This document shows, piece by piece, positions 9,342-18,652 of a DNA stretch of 64,000 bases (position 1 is the first letter of the stretch; the number at the start of each line of letters is the position of its first letter). Source of the DNA: Candidatus Aenigmatarchaeota archaeon (GTDB lineage: Archaea > Aenigmatarchaeota > Aenigmatarchaeia > CG10238-14 > SpSt-28). The translations under genes were made by a program, and so were the position numbers. Under the pieces are notes generated by a model. It did not search any database, was not told the origin of the DNA, and worked only from the letters and a program-made list of their open reading frames with translations. The stretch spans positions 33,578 through 97,577 of the forward strand of contig JAWBMD010000002.1 in the NCBI GenBank assembly GCA_039000985.1. The letters are read 5' to 3'.

Positions 9342-10702
9342 TAAAAAGAATAGTTGGAGAAGTTTTGTTGTTTTTTTCATTACTTTTTTTGGTACCAGCA
9401 ATTTTTTCACTTTTTATTAAAGAGTTTATTTATTCTCTAATTTTTGATTTTACTTCTATTTTTCTTTTGGTAATAGGTCATGCTTTTAGTAAAAAGTATA
9501 AGGTTGAAAAAGAGGAGCTAATTAAAAAACCTGGTAAATTAATAATTTCTGTAGTTATTGTTTGGATTATTTTACCTTTATTTGGAGCACTTCCTTATTA
9601 TTATTTTGAAAAAAATGTTTTGAATTCAATATTTCACAGCTTTTCTGCTTGGACAACAACTGGTTTTTTATTAAAAGATTTTAATTCATTTCCATTACCA
9701 TTAAAATTTTGGTTAGCTTTCGAGCAATGGTTAGGTGGTATTGGAATTATAAGCTTAGTAGTTTTTGTTTTAACACAAAGTGATGTTGTTTATGGATTAT
9801 TAAAAATAGAAGGTAGGGAGGAAATAATTGAATTTACTGCAAGACATTCATTAATAAAAATATTTAAAGTTTATTTGCTTTTAACTTTTTTGAATATTTC
9901 TGTTTTATCTTTTTCTGGTTTAAACTTTTTAGATTCTTTACTAGTTTCATTTTCAACTTTGCCAACTGGTGGAGTAGTTAGTATTGCAAAATTAACACAT
10001 GAGCAAAAAATAATTACAGAAATATTTACAATAATTGCAGCAATAACATTTTCTTTTTATGTTTTTATTCAAAAGCCTGAAAATTTAAAAATCATGTTTA
10101 AAGTTTATGAAAATGTGCTCTTTTTCATTTTTTATATTTTATTCGTTTTAGTATTTTTGTTTTTAATTTTCCCAAGCAATTTTTTTGATTTAGCATTTCA
10201 TGCTATTTCAGCATTAACAACAAGTGGTTTTTCTTATGTTAGCTTGAACAAATTTTCAATACATATTTTAATAATTTTAATGGCAATTGGTGGGTGTGTT
10301 GCTTCTACTGCTGGTGGAATAAAAATAGATAGAATTTTAATTTTAATAAAAGGAATTTCATTAAGAATAAAACAATTTATTAGTGCAAGAGATGTTGTAG
10401 TTGTTGAGAGATTTTGTAATCAAATATTGGATGATAAAACAATTAGTTATGCTGGTTTAATTTTGTTTTTATATTTTTTCACAGCAATTACTTTTGCTAT
10501 TATTTTAAATTTTGAAGTAAAAAACTTTACTTACTCGCTTTTTACAATTGTTTCTGCTTTGAGCAATGTTGGTTTAGAATTGGGAATTATTAGCAATTTA
10601 AGCATTTTCTCAAAAACAATTTTAATTTTAGCAATGTTTATAGGTAGGTTAGAAATAATTATTCCATTAGCATTTATACCAGCTTTACTTAAAAAATCTT
10701 GA
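9338..10702 (+). CDS. TrkH/KtrB-family cation (K+) transporter membrane subunit
   Basis: 454-aa polytopic protein with four repeated pore-loop-like signatures (AWTTTGF, LPTGG, ALTTSGF, LSNVGLE). Confidence 0.75.
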   Translation: MIKRIVGEVLLFFSLLFLVPAIFSLFIKEFIYSLIFDFTSIFLLVIGHAFSKKYKVEKEELIKKPGKLIISVVIVWIILPLFGALPYYYFEKNVLNSIFHSFSAWTTTGFLLKDFNSFPLPLKFWLAFEQWLGGIGIISLVVFVLTQSDVVYGLLKIEGREEIIEFTARHSLIKIFKVYLLLTFLNISVLSFSGLNFLDSLLVSFSTLPTGGVVSIAKLTHEQKIITEIFTIIAAITFSFYVFIQKPENLKIMFKVYENVLFFIFYILFVLVFLFLIFPSNFFDLAFHAISALTTSGFSYVSLNKFSIHILIILMAIGGCVASTAGGIKIDRILILIKGISLRIKQFISARDVVVVERFCNQILDDKTISYAGLILFLYFFTAITFAIILNFEVKNFTYSLFTIVSALSNVGLELGIISNLSIFSKTILILAMFIGRLEIIIPLAFIPALLKKS

Positions 10703-10705
10703 TTT

Positions 10706-10906
10706 TTTCAATATATAGCAGCTATGAATTTTTTTTAATTAATGATTTTGCAAATTTTTTGTTAAAAGCAAAATAAAAAAATTGAACAAAAATCTTAAAA
10801 ACTTATTCCACAATTTATGCCTAAAAGTAATTTTTGAGAAATCTCTACAACCAAAAACAACATCATATCCTTTTTTAGCTACTCCTTTACACTATATTGA
10901 CCATCT
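10706..10906 (-). pseudogene. Decayed partial copy of the GT2 glycosyltransferase gene (left direct repeat of the defence islet)
   Basis: By eye, about 90% or more identical to 14549-14799, an internal part of the intact GT2 gene 14394-15056. The copy has two internal deletions, one between two gcaaaata micro-repeats. It starts 4 nt after the trkH stop. Confidence 0.8.
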
Positions 10907-10951
10907 ATAAGAGTTGTTGAATATTTAAATAAAGTGTGAGAAAGTTAAATT

Positions 10952-12615
10952 ATGAAGATGAATATTGTAGCAACGGCTGTAAGTGTAGAAGAGCTTCTGA
11001 GAAGTAGGACAATATATTCTGTTCCTTTGTTTCAAAGAAATTATGCGTGGGGAGATAAAGAAATAAATGATTTTTTAGAAGATTTAGAAAGCGTCTATGA
11101 AAATAGAGAGGAAGGATATTTTTTTGGAACGATAGTCTTTGCACCACATGAAGAGAGAGAGATAAAATAAAAATTTTAGATGGGCAGCAAAGATTAGCTA
11201 CTATTTTACTCTTTCTTGCTGCTATGAGAGATGTTCTCAAATCGAGACCAAAAGAAGAAGATAATAAAAGAGCGGAAGCAATAAATGAGTTGATTTATTC
11301 GACTGATCCTATTACACTATCTAAAAAGATTAAGATAGAAATGAATAGGGAAGACAGAACATTTTTTGAAAGTATTATAATTCAAGGTCTTGTACCAGGA
11401 ATAAATCGCGAATCTCATAAACTCATCAAAAATGCATATGAAACATTTAAGGAGTACATTAGAAGAAAGATAGAAGATGATGAAAATTTTCCAAAGAGAG
11501 TTTTGGATATCATTCTAAGTAAATTTATTTTCATAAAAATAGAAGTTGGAAGTGATTTAAATGCGCATTTAATATTTGAGACGCTCAATGATAGGGGGCT
11601 TGAACTTAGTATTGCTGATCTTCTAAAAAATTATATTTTTTCTATTTCTGGACAATATCTAGATTACATAATAGTTAAATGGAAAGAAATGGTAGATAAT
11701 GTTGGAGAACATAATGTTAGTAAATTTTTAAGGCATTTTTGGTGTTCATCAAAAGAGTTAATAAGAAAGGAAGATGTTTATAAAAAAATAAAGAATGTTA
11801 TAAGAAGTTCAGAAGAAGCTAAAAAATTTATAGAAGAACTCTGTGAAGAGGGGCTTGTCTACACTAATCTTGTTAATCCTGATCATCAATTTTGGAGTGA
11901 TAGGGAAGTTGAAGATCTTCTAAATGAGCTTAATATATTAGGAGTAGAGCAGGTTCTTATAATTTTATTGTCCCTTTACAAAAGATTTTTTAAGACAGAG
12001 AAAGAAAATTTCAAAAAGTTGCTAAAAAACTTGATAAACTTTACATTTAGATATAGTACAATATGTAATCTTAACCCAAATAAAATGGAAAGGTTATACA
12101 GTGAAGTAGCAGTAAAACTTAGGAACAATATGTTAGGTGTTGAAGATGTTATAGAGAAACTTAAAGAGTTAGATCCAAATGATATGACTTTTATTCAATG
12201 TTTTTCGGAAAAAGACGTTAAGAATACTAAATTAGCTAAGTATATTTTAGTAAAATTGAATAACCATCTACTTATTAACATGGGTGAAAAAGAAAAAACT
12301 ACGAGTATTAGTAAGGTCAATCTTGAACATATAATTCCAAGGAAACCAGATAAGGAATGGGAAGAGTTCTTTCAAAAAAATAACATAGATCCAGAGAAAT
12401 GGAAACAAAAGCTTGGTAATATGACAATTTTGTTAAAAGAATATAATAGAAAAATCGCTAATAAGTACTTCACAAAAAAGAAAGAGATGTATAAGAAATC
12501 AACACTACCGATCAATCAAAAACTTAAAGAGTATGAACAATTTGGACCTAAGGAAATAATAGAAAGGCAACAAGTGATGGCAGAAATTGCAAAAAATATA
12601 TGGAAAGTTGGATAA
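10952..12615 (+). pseudogene. GmrSD-like type IV restriction enzyme (DUF262 N-terminal + DUF1524/His-Me finger C-terminal), interrupted by a -1 frameshift
   Basis: ORF 10952-11170 carries the DUF262 motif VPLFQRNYAW and stops at 11168-11170. The -1 frame continues IKILDGQQRLATILLFLAAMRDV... (DGQQR motif) into ORF 11224-12615. Its C-terminus has NLEHIIPRKP...LGNMTILLKEYNRKIANK, which is DUF1524/HNH-like. The frames meet in the A-rich tract gagataaaataaaaatttta. Confidence 0.75.
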
Positions 12616-12636
12616 TCTAACAAATTTTTATGTTTA

Positions 12637-13575
12637 TCACCATTTCATACTTTCTCCGAATTTACTTAATTTTTCACTTTTTTCAGGCTTTCTAAAAATG
12701 AATAAATGTTCATGTGTAATCAAATAAAAATCATATTTCCCTCTCCATTTTTCTCTTGTTGACTTCATTTTCCACTGAAGCTTAATTATGTCCTCGCGTA
12801 AAATAAAGCCTACCTTTAAGAAAACCTCCATTACTCTTGTTGCAATTGGAACAAAGTGTTTTCTTTTTCTGGTATCTCCAATAAGAATGGCGCAATGTTT
12901 TCCAGGTTTTAATACTCTATAACACTCTTTAGCAACTTTTTCCATTTCATTGATAAACTCATCAATATTTTTTACATTAGATATATCACCTTCAATTTTG
13001 TTTTTTGTAAACTTTACTATGTTAGCATAAGGTGGATGAGTAGCTATAAGGTCTATACTTTCATCTTGAACTAGATCTAAATTTCTTGCATCACCAACAT
13101 AAGTTTTTATTTCTGGATCATATTTGTACTTAAAATCCAATCTATTTCTTGTAACCATTATTGCATCAAGATTTATATCAACCCCTATACCTCTTCTGTT
13201 TAAGAGTTTGCATTCAACAAGTGTAGTTCCAGAACCCACCATTTGATCTAAAACTAAATCATTTTCCTTTGTAAATCTTAAAATCAAATTTCTTGGAATA
13301 TATGGAGACCAATTAGCCCTATAGTTTCCTTTATGAGTTGCCCATTCACCTCTTTCGGGAAAAGACCATACAGTAGTAGTCTCTAACTTAAATTCTTTTG
13401 GTTCATATTCATTTATTATGTGATTTTTCACCAATGGAACTTTAACATTTTCAATAACAACAAAATCATGAGTTTTTAAGAAATCGATATATTCTTCTTG
13501 AGTAATCTCTTTCATTCCCCCATAAGCTGGAGAAGTTACTACTGTTTTTTGATTTTTTGTAAGTTCAGTTTCCAT
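12637..13575 (-). CDS. SAM-dependent DNA methyltransferase (N4/N6 amino-MTase type)
   Basis: Motif I VLDQMVGSGTT...GIGVDIN, motif IV ATHPPY, then YRVLKPGKHCAILIG. The motif order I before IV differs from the usual beta-class N6_N4_Mtase order. Confidence 0.75.
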   Translation of the reverse strand: METELTKNQKTVVTSPAYGGMKEITQEEYIDFLKTHDFVVIENVKVPLVKNHIINEYEPKEFKLETTTVWSFPERGEWATHKGNYRANWSPYIPRNLILRFTKENDLVLDQMVGSGTTLVECKLLNRRGIGVDINLDAIMVTRNRLDFKYKYDPEIKTYVGDARNLDLVQDESIDLIATHPPYANIVKFTKNKIEGDISNVKNIDEFINEMEKVAKECYRVLKPGKHCAILIGDTRKRKHFVPIATRVMEVFLKVGFILREDIIKLQWKMKSTREKWRGKYDFYLITHEHLFIFRKPEKSEKLSKFGESMKW

Positions 13576-13650
13576 ATTTTAATTATAGAAAAAGGAAATT
13601 TTTATAGACCAAATTTTATATAACTTTTCATAATCACAATCTTATAAAAT

Positions 13651-14229
13651 TTACCTTCTGAATTTTGGAACTATATCTAAATTAGCAGAAAGTAAAGCTT
13701 CTACTGGATGAACTCCAAGAAGAATATCACAAAATAATGAAATAGCCAACTGACTCCCCCTTCTATTTTCTGGTACTTCGACTTTTGCTAGCTTACATTT
13801 ATTATCAAGTATTTGTTGAAGTTTTGCTGGTCTGCCTGTGAAATTAATATCTTCCTGCTCTAAAATCCATTTTAAAGCATAAAGAATATAATCTAAATTG
13901 TATCCTGGGAGATTGACTAAATCTTTAAGATATTTTGTCAAGACATCCTTTACTGGCTTACCGTGCCAAACTTCAATAATTGCTCGAAAAACTTTTTCTG
14001 CTTTCTCTCGGTTATAACAGAGTTTTCCATAAAAATCTATAGCAAAATGAGCGTGTTTTGGAGTGTAAAATTTCAATTTTTCTGGTTCGTAGATAGTTCT
14101 GACTTTAAAATCATTTTTCGATTTAGAGTTTTCCGTTTTAACTAAAATCCAACCATTTGAAAGTTCTACAATATCTAATACTTTCTTTTTATTTTTACCT
14201 TTTCCTAGGAAATCTCCAACTTTAATCAT
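13651..14229 (-). CDS. Hypothetical 192-aa protein; candidate restriction-endonuclease partner of the adjacent methyltransferase (by position only)
   Basis: Co-directional with and 75 nt upstream of the MTase gene. I recognise no family motif, and no clear PD-(D/E)xK or HNH signature was found by eye. Confidence 0.3.
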   Translation of the reverse strand: MIKVGDFLGKGKNKKKVLDIVELSNGWILVKTENSKSKNDFKVRTIYEPEKLKFYTPKHAHFAIDFYGKLCYNREKAEKVFRAIIEVWHGKPVKDVLTKYLKDLVNLPGYNLDYILYALKWILEQEDINFTGRPAKLQQILDNKCKLAKVEVPENRRGSQLAISLFCDILLGVHPVEALLSANLDIVPKFRR

Positions 14230-14393
14230 AAATTATTATTCTAATTAAACTATTTTTATACAGTGAAAATTTTCTACTTGAAACTTGAAGAAGTTGAAAG
14301 TATATGGAAGAGAATTTGATAGATATTGTAAAGTATTCAACTGTTAGAAAATCAAAAATATTTTAACATTATAGGAAAGATAGGTAAAATACA

Positions 14394-15056
14394 TTATCTA
14401 AAAAATCTTGATTTTATTAAAAAAATAGAGATAGCACCAACAACTCTAATTCCTTTTATTATGCTTGCAATTTTTTTATATTTTACATTAACTTTTACTT
14501 GGGTTATTTTAAAATTATTTTTTATAGCATTTAAAAGTACAGATGCTTCCAATATATAACCACCATGAATTTTTTTAATTAATGATTTTGCAAATTTTTT
14601 GTTAAAAGCAAAATAGCCGCAAGCAACATCTTTCATTTTTTTGCAAAATAAAAAATTGAACAAAAATCTTAAAAACTTATTCCCTAATTTATGCCTAAAA
14701 GGAATTTTTGAGAAATCTCTATAACCAAAAACAACATCATATCCTTTTTTAACAAGCTCAATCATTTTTAATGAATCCTTTACACTATATTGACCATCTG
14801 AATCAGCAACAACAAAAATTTCATATTTATTTAAATTTTTTAACAAAGCTGTTTTTATTGCTTCTGCTTTACCTTTATTTTTCTCATGCTTTAAAACTTT
14901 TTTTGTATATTTCTTTGCAATTTCAAAAGTTTTATCTTTGCTTCCATCATCAACTACAACAATATTTTTATAATATTTTTTTGCTTCTTTCAAAACATTT
15001 TCTATGTTTTTTTCTTCATTATATGCAGGAAATATTATCAATACATTCTCATCCAT
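14394..15056 (-). CDS. Family 2 glycosyltransferase (dolichyl-phosphate sugar transferase-like)
   Basis: N-terminal LIIFPAYNEEKNIENVL...IVVVDDGSKDKT and a DSDG (DxD-like) motif; 220 aa. Confidence 0.85.
   Translation of the reverse strand: MDENVLIIFPAYNEEKNIENVLKEAKKYYKNIVVVDDGSKDKTFEIAKKYTKKVLKHEKNKGKAEAIKTALLKNLNKYEIFVVADSDGQYSVKDSLKMIELVKKGYDVVFGYRDFSKIPFRHKLGNKFLRFLFNFLFCKKMKDVACGYFAFNKKFAKSLIKKIHGGYILEASVLLNAIKNNFKITQVKVNVKYKKIASIIKGIRVVGAISIFLIKSRFFR
14549..14799 (-). repeat. Right direct repeat of the defence islet (inside the intact GT2 gene)
   Basis: Aligns with 10706-10906. Shared blocks include atgaattttttt-aattaatgattttgcaaattttttgttaaaagcaaaata and attgaacaaaaatcttaaaaacttattcc...cctttacactatattgaccatct. 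Confidence 0.8.
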
Positions 15057-15083
15057 AAATTTTAAATATTAAATTATTTTCAT

Positions 15084-15797
15084 ATGGGGAAAAGAATAAT
15101 AGCAAGGGCAAGAGGTCATGGAAGCTTCACATATAGAGCACCTTCTCATAGATATTTATGCAAAATTAGTTTTTTGCCATTTATAGAAAATTTAAGTATT
15201 AAAGGTAAGGTTGTTGATATATTGGATGATGTTGGTAAGTCAGCTCCAGTTGCTTTAATAAAACTTGAAAATGGGCAAGAAATTTATCATATAGCTGTGG
15301 AAGGTCTCTATGTTGGGCAAGAAATTAAATATGATGGTGAAGTAAATATAGGTAATGTTGTTCAATTAAAAAATATTCCTTTAGGAACTAAAGTTTGTTG
15401 TATAGAAAGTTATCCAGGTTCTGGACCAAAATTTTGTAGAAGTGCTGGTACTGCTGCAATAGTTGTTGGTCAATCTCCAAGCAAAACAATTTTACAATTC
15501 CCATCTAATAAAACAATAGAGCTTGATAATAGATGTAGATGTATAATTGGTGTGCCAGCTGGTTCTGGAATTAAAGAAAAGCCATGGTTAAAAGCTGGTG
15601 ATAAATATAGAGCAATGAAAGCAAGAAACAAGCTATTTCCAAGAACTAAAGGTGTTGTGATGAATGCTGTTGATCATCCTTGGGGAGGGAAAAGCCATAG
15701 ACCAAGACCTTCAAGAGCTGTTTCAAGACATGCTCCACCAGGTGCTAAGGTTGGTTCAATCTCACCAAAAAGATTGGGAAAAAAGAAAAAAGGTTAA
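15084..15797 (+). CDS. rpl2: Ribosomal protein uL2
   Basis: GKRIIARARGHGS..., SAPVALIKL, GNVVQLKNIPLGT, NAVDHPWGGK and HAPPGAKVG match the archaeal L2 pattern. Confidence 0.95.
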   Translation: MGKRIIARARGHGSFTYRAPSHRYLCKISFLPFIENLSIKGKVVDILDDVGKSAPVALIKLENGQEIYHIAVEGLYVGQEIKYDGEVNIGNVVQLKNIPLGTKVCCIESYPGSGPKFCRSAGTAAIVVGQSPSKTILQFPSNKTIELDNRCRCIIGVPAGSGIKEKPWLKAGDKYRAMKARNKLFPRTKGVVMNAVDHPWGGKSHRPRPSRAVSRHAPPGAKVGSISPKRLGKKKKG

Positions 15798-16069
15798 CCT
15801 ATATAAGTAGTGCTACTTGTTTTTTCCTCAAGCTTATTCAATTGTTCACTTAATATAGCTAGCAAGCTTTTTGCTGTTAGCTTTGAAATAGTTATATCAG
15901 CAATAACTCTTTTACCTTCTATTGTAAAAAATTTTAGATTTACATAAGCCTCTTTTTCATCCTTACTAGTTTTTACTCTAATTGAAACAACTACTTCATC
16001 TGCAAACAAAGGTTTTATATCAGATGGAATATTTAGCTGTATTTCTTTCTCCATTTTATATATACCCAA
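15794..16069 (-). CDS. Small hypothetical protein (possibly DUF3467-like)
   Basis: 91-aa ORF overlapping its neighbours by a few nt. The family resemblance is weak. Confidence 0.4.
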   Translation of the reverse strand: MGIYKMEKEIQLNIPSDIKPLFADEVVVSIRVKTSKDEKEAYVNLKFFTIEGKRVIADITISKLTAKSLLAILSEQLNKLEEKTSSTTYIG

Positions 16070-16283
16070 TTTCTTTATATTTTTTAGTTATTTCTTCTCT
16101 ACTTTTATTGCAGTTTGAGCATCTTTCACTTAAAACAAGAGTTTCTCCCTTTGATTTTAATATTTGAGTTTTTTTACCACTTCTCATACCAGTTCTTTTC
16201 ACAACAGTAACAGTTGGTCTAATAACTACTTTTATTGTTTCTGCATTACAAAATGGGCATTCCCAAACTAGCTTTCTTATCAT
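16056..16283 (-). CDS. Small zinc-ribbon protein
   Basis: CPFC...CSNC four-Cys arrangement; 75 aa. Confidence 0.5.
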   Translation of the reverse strand: MIRKLVWECPFCNAETIKVVIRPTVTVVKRTGMRSGKKTQILKSKGETLVLSERCSNCNKSREEITKKYKEIGYI

Positions 16284-16316
16284 AATTTATTATCCATACA
16301 AAAATATTTAATTATT

Positions 16317-17003
16317 ATGTTCGCTATAGAAGCAAAAGATTTAACAAAGAAATTTGGTAATATAATAGCCGTTAATAATCTTTCTTTTAAAGTAAAGGAA
16401 GGAACATTTTATGGAATTGTTGGACCAAATGGGTCTGGAAAAACAACAACAGTAAGAATTTTAACAGGACAAATAAAGCCAGATAAAGGAAATGCAAAAG
16501 TTTGCAATATTGATATAAAAAATTATTTGGAAGTTAGAAAAGTTACTGGAATTGTTCCAGAAGAAGAATATCCACCAAGTTTTTTAACTGTTGAAGAATA
16601 TTTGGAATTTGTTTGTAAAATTAGAAATGTTGAAAACTTTAAAGAAAAAATAGATTTTTGGCTAAATTTTTTAAATTTTGAAAATTTTAGGAATTATTTA
16701 ATAAAAGATTTATCTAGAGGTACAAAGCAAAAAGTAATGTTAACACAAGCATTTATTCACGAACCAAAAGTTGTTTTCATGGACGAACCATTTATAAACA
16801 TAGATCCAATAGTGCAAGAGAAATTTAAAAAATTTTTGAGAAATTATGTTAAAAATGGAAAAACAATAGTTTTTTGTACACATATTTTACCATTGGCTAA
16901 AGAAATATGCAATGAAATTGGAATAATGAAAAATGGAAAAATAATAAAAACTGTTAAACCAAAAAATATAGAAAAGGAATTTTTCAAAATTTTTGGTAAA
17001 TGA
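16317..17003 (+). CDS. ABC transporter ATP-binding protein
   Basis: Walker A GPNGSGKTT, signature LSRGTKQKV, Walker B VVFMDEP. Confidence 0.9.
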   Translation: MFAIEAKDLTKKFGNIIAVNNLSFKVKEGTFYGIVGPNGSGKTTTVRILTGQIKPDKGNAKVCNIDIKNYLEVRKVTGIVPEEEYPPSFLTVEEYLEFVCKIRNVENFKEKIDFWLNFLNFENFRNYLIKDLSRGTKQKVMLTQAFIHEPKVVFMDEPFINIDPIVQEKFKKFLRNYVKNGKTIVFCTHILPLAKEICNEIGIMKNGKIIKTVKPKNIEKEFFKIFGK

Positions 17004-18223
17004 TATTTGAACTTTTCAAAATAATGATGAGGGAAGAAATAAGAATACATACAAAATTATTTCCATCAATTTTCTTTTATTCATTACCATTTTTTGTTTT
17101 TGCATTTTCATTTCTTTTATCAATTTTTGTTTTAAATGTTTATAGCTTGCTTCCAATTTTTATTTCAATTTTTTTAATAATTGGAATAGCAAGTGGTGGT
17201 TATACGATACATTTTAGAGAAGTATATTTAAGGAAATTCCCTCATTTGAATTTTTTGCTTTATACTTATTATTCATTTCCAATAAAAAATGAAAAAATAG
17301 TTTTTGCCTTGTTTTTAAAAGAGATAACATTTTTTACATTTTGGATATTTTTACCATTAACATTAGGACTTTTCAAGTTTGATTTATATTCTTTATTTGT
17401 TTCTTTTTCTTTTTATTTGCTGGGAAATTCATCATCTTTTTTACTTTCCAATTTTTATAATAGAAAAATAATTTTGATTCCATTAATAATTTTGTTTGCT
17501 ACTTTTTTCACTTACTTTTTTAATTTTTTGTTTTCTTATCCAATAATTAACTTGCTAACTTCTTTTTCACTTTTGCTCATTTCAATTAAAACTTTGGATA
17601 TAGAATATAAAGCAAGAAGCTTGACTCACAAAAATTATTTTAGCAAAATATACAAGCTTATTAAAAATCCTTTGCTTGTTAAAGATTTAATTGATTTTAA
17701 AAGAAGCTATGGTTTTGCTAGAGCAATTTTTTCTATAATAATTCCTTTATTTTTAGCTTACTTTTTATTTCAAGTAATGGTTTCAATAGGAATTAAAGTA
17801 GATTTTGAAAAATTTTTCTCAATGATGATTGGTTTTGTTTCAATAACTTTTTATGATGTTCTAACAGAATTTGACAGATGGGTTTTTTATTCAATTTTTC
17901 CTTTAAGAAAGAACAATGTAATAAAATCGAAAGCAGGCATTTCAATAATTTTCTCAACTTTGGTAATTTTCTTGTTTTCTATTTTAGGTTTTGCAAATTT
18001 TTTAATATCTTTTATAAGCATGCTTTATTTGCTTTCAATAATAATTTTTTTAGTTGGTTTGGATACAATGCTTTTGTTTGATATAAGGAGAATTCTTTTA
18101 TTTTCAGTTTTGTTTGTTCCATTCTTTTTATTTGTTTTATTTTTTTATAAAGCTTTATATACTTTTTTATTTTTGATTATTTCAGTTTTTTTACTATTTT
18201 TAGGATTTAAAAAGTTTGACTAA
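17000..18223 (+). CDS. Polytopic membrane protein, probable permease partner of the ABC ATPase
   Basis: 4-nt start/stop overlap with the ATPase gene; 407 aa, highly hydrophobic with many predicted TM helices. Confidence 0.5.
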   Translation: MIFELFKIMMREEIRIHTKLFPSIFFYSLPFFVFAFSFLLSIFVLNVYSLLPIFISIFLIIGIASGGYTIHFREVYLRKFPHLNFLLYTYYSFPIKNEKIVFALFLKEITFFTFWIFLPLTLGLFKFDLYSLFVSFSFYLLGNSSSFLLSNFYNRKIILIPLIILFATFFTYFFNFLFSYPIINLLTSFSLLLISIKTLDIEYKARSLTHKNYFSKIYKLIKNPLLVKDLIDFKRSYGFARAIFSIIIPLFLAYFLFQVMVSIGIKVDFEKFFSMMIGFVSITFYDVLTEFDRWVFYSIFPLRKNNVIKSKAGISIIFSTLVIFLFSILGFANFLISFISMLYLLSIIIFLVGLDTMLLFDIRRILLFSVLFVPFFLFVLFFYKALYTFLFLIISVFLLFLGFKKFD

Positions 18224-18232
18224 CAATATTTT

Positions 18233-18652
18233 ATGTTAGAACTTGAAGAAATAATAAAAGTCTTAGTAAGCTTAGTTTTAGCTTCCTTAATAGGAGTTGA
18301 AAGAGAAATGAGAAAAAAGCCAGCTGGTTTGAGAACTCATATATTAATAGCTGTTACTGCAACTCTTTACACCATAGTTTCAATTAAGTATTTCCCACAA
18401 GATAATGCGAGGATTATTTCAAATATTTTAACAGGAATGGGTTTTATAGGAGCTGGTACAATTATTTCATCAAAAATTAAAGTTGTTGGTATTACAACAG
18501 CATCTACTCTTTGGTTCATAGCTAGTATTGGAGTTCTTGTTGGAGTAGGTTATTATTTATTAGCTTTATTTTCTGCTTTAATTGTTTTAATTATATTAAT
18601 TGCTTTAAGAGATATAGAGAAAAATATGATTGGTAGTAAACCTAAAAAATAG
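18233..18652 (+). CDS. MgtC/SapB-family membrane protein
   Basis: GVEREMRKKPAGLRTHILIAV motif; 139 aa. Confidence 0.8.
   Translation: MLELEEIIKVLVSLVLASLIGVEREMRKKPAGLRTHILIAVTATLYTIVSIKYFPQDNARIISNILTGMGFIGAGTIISSKIKVVGITTASTLWFIASIGVLVGVGYYLLALFSALIVLIILIALRDIEKNMIGSKPKK

Noticed and set aside
10950-11240. Minus-strand 96-aa ORF across the DUF262 frameshift site
   Set aside because: It is antisense to clearly recognisable DUF262 motifs (FQRNYAW, DGQQR).
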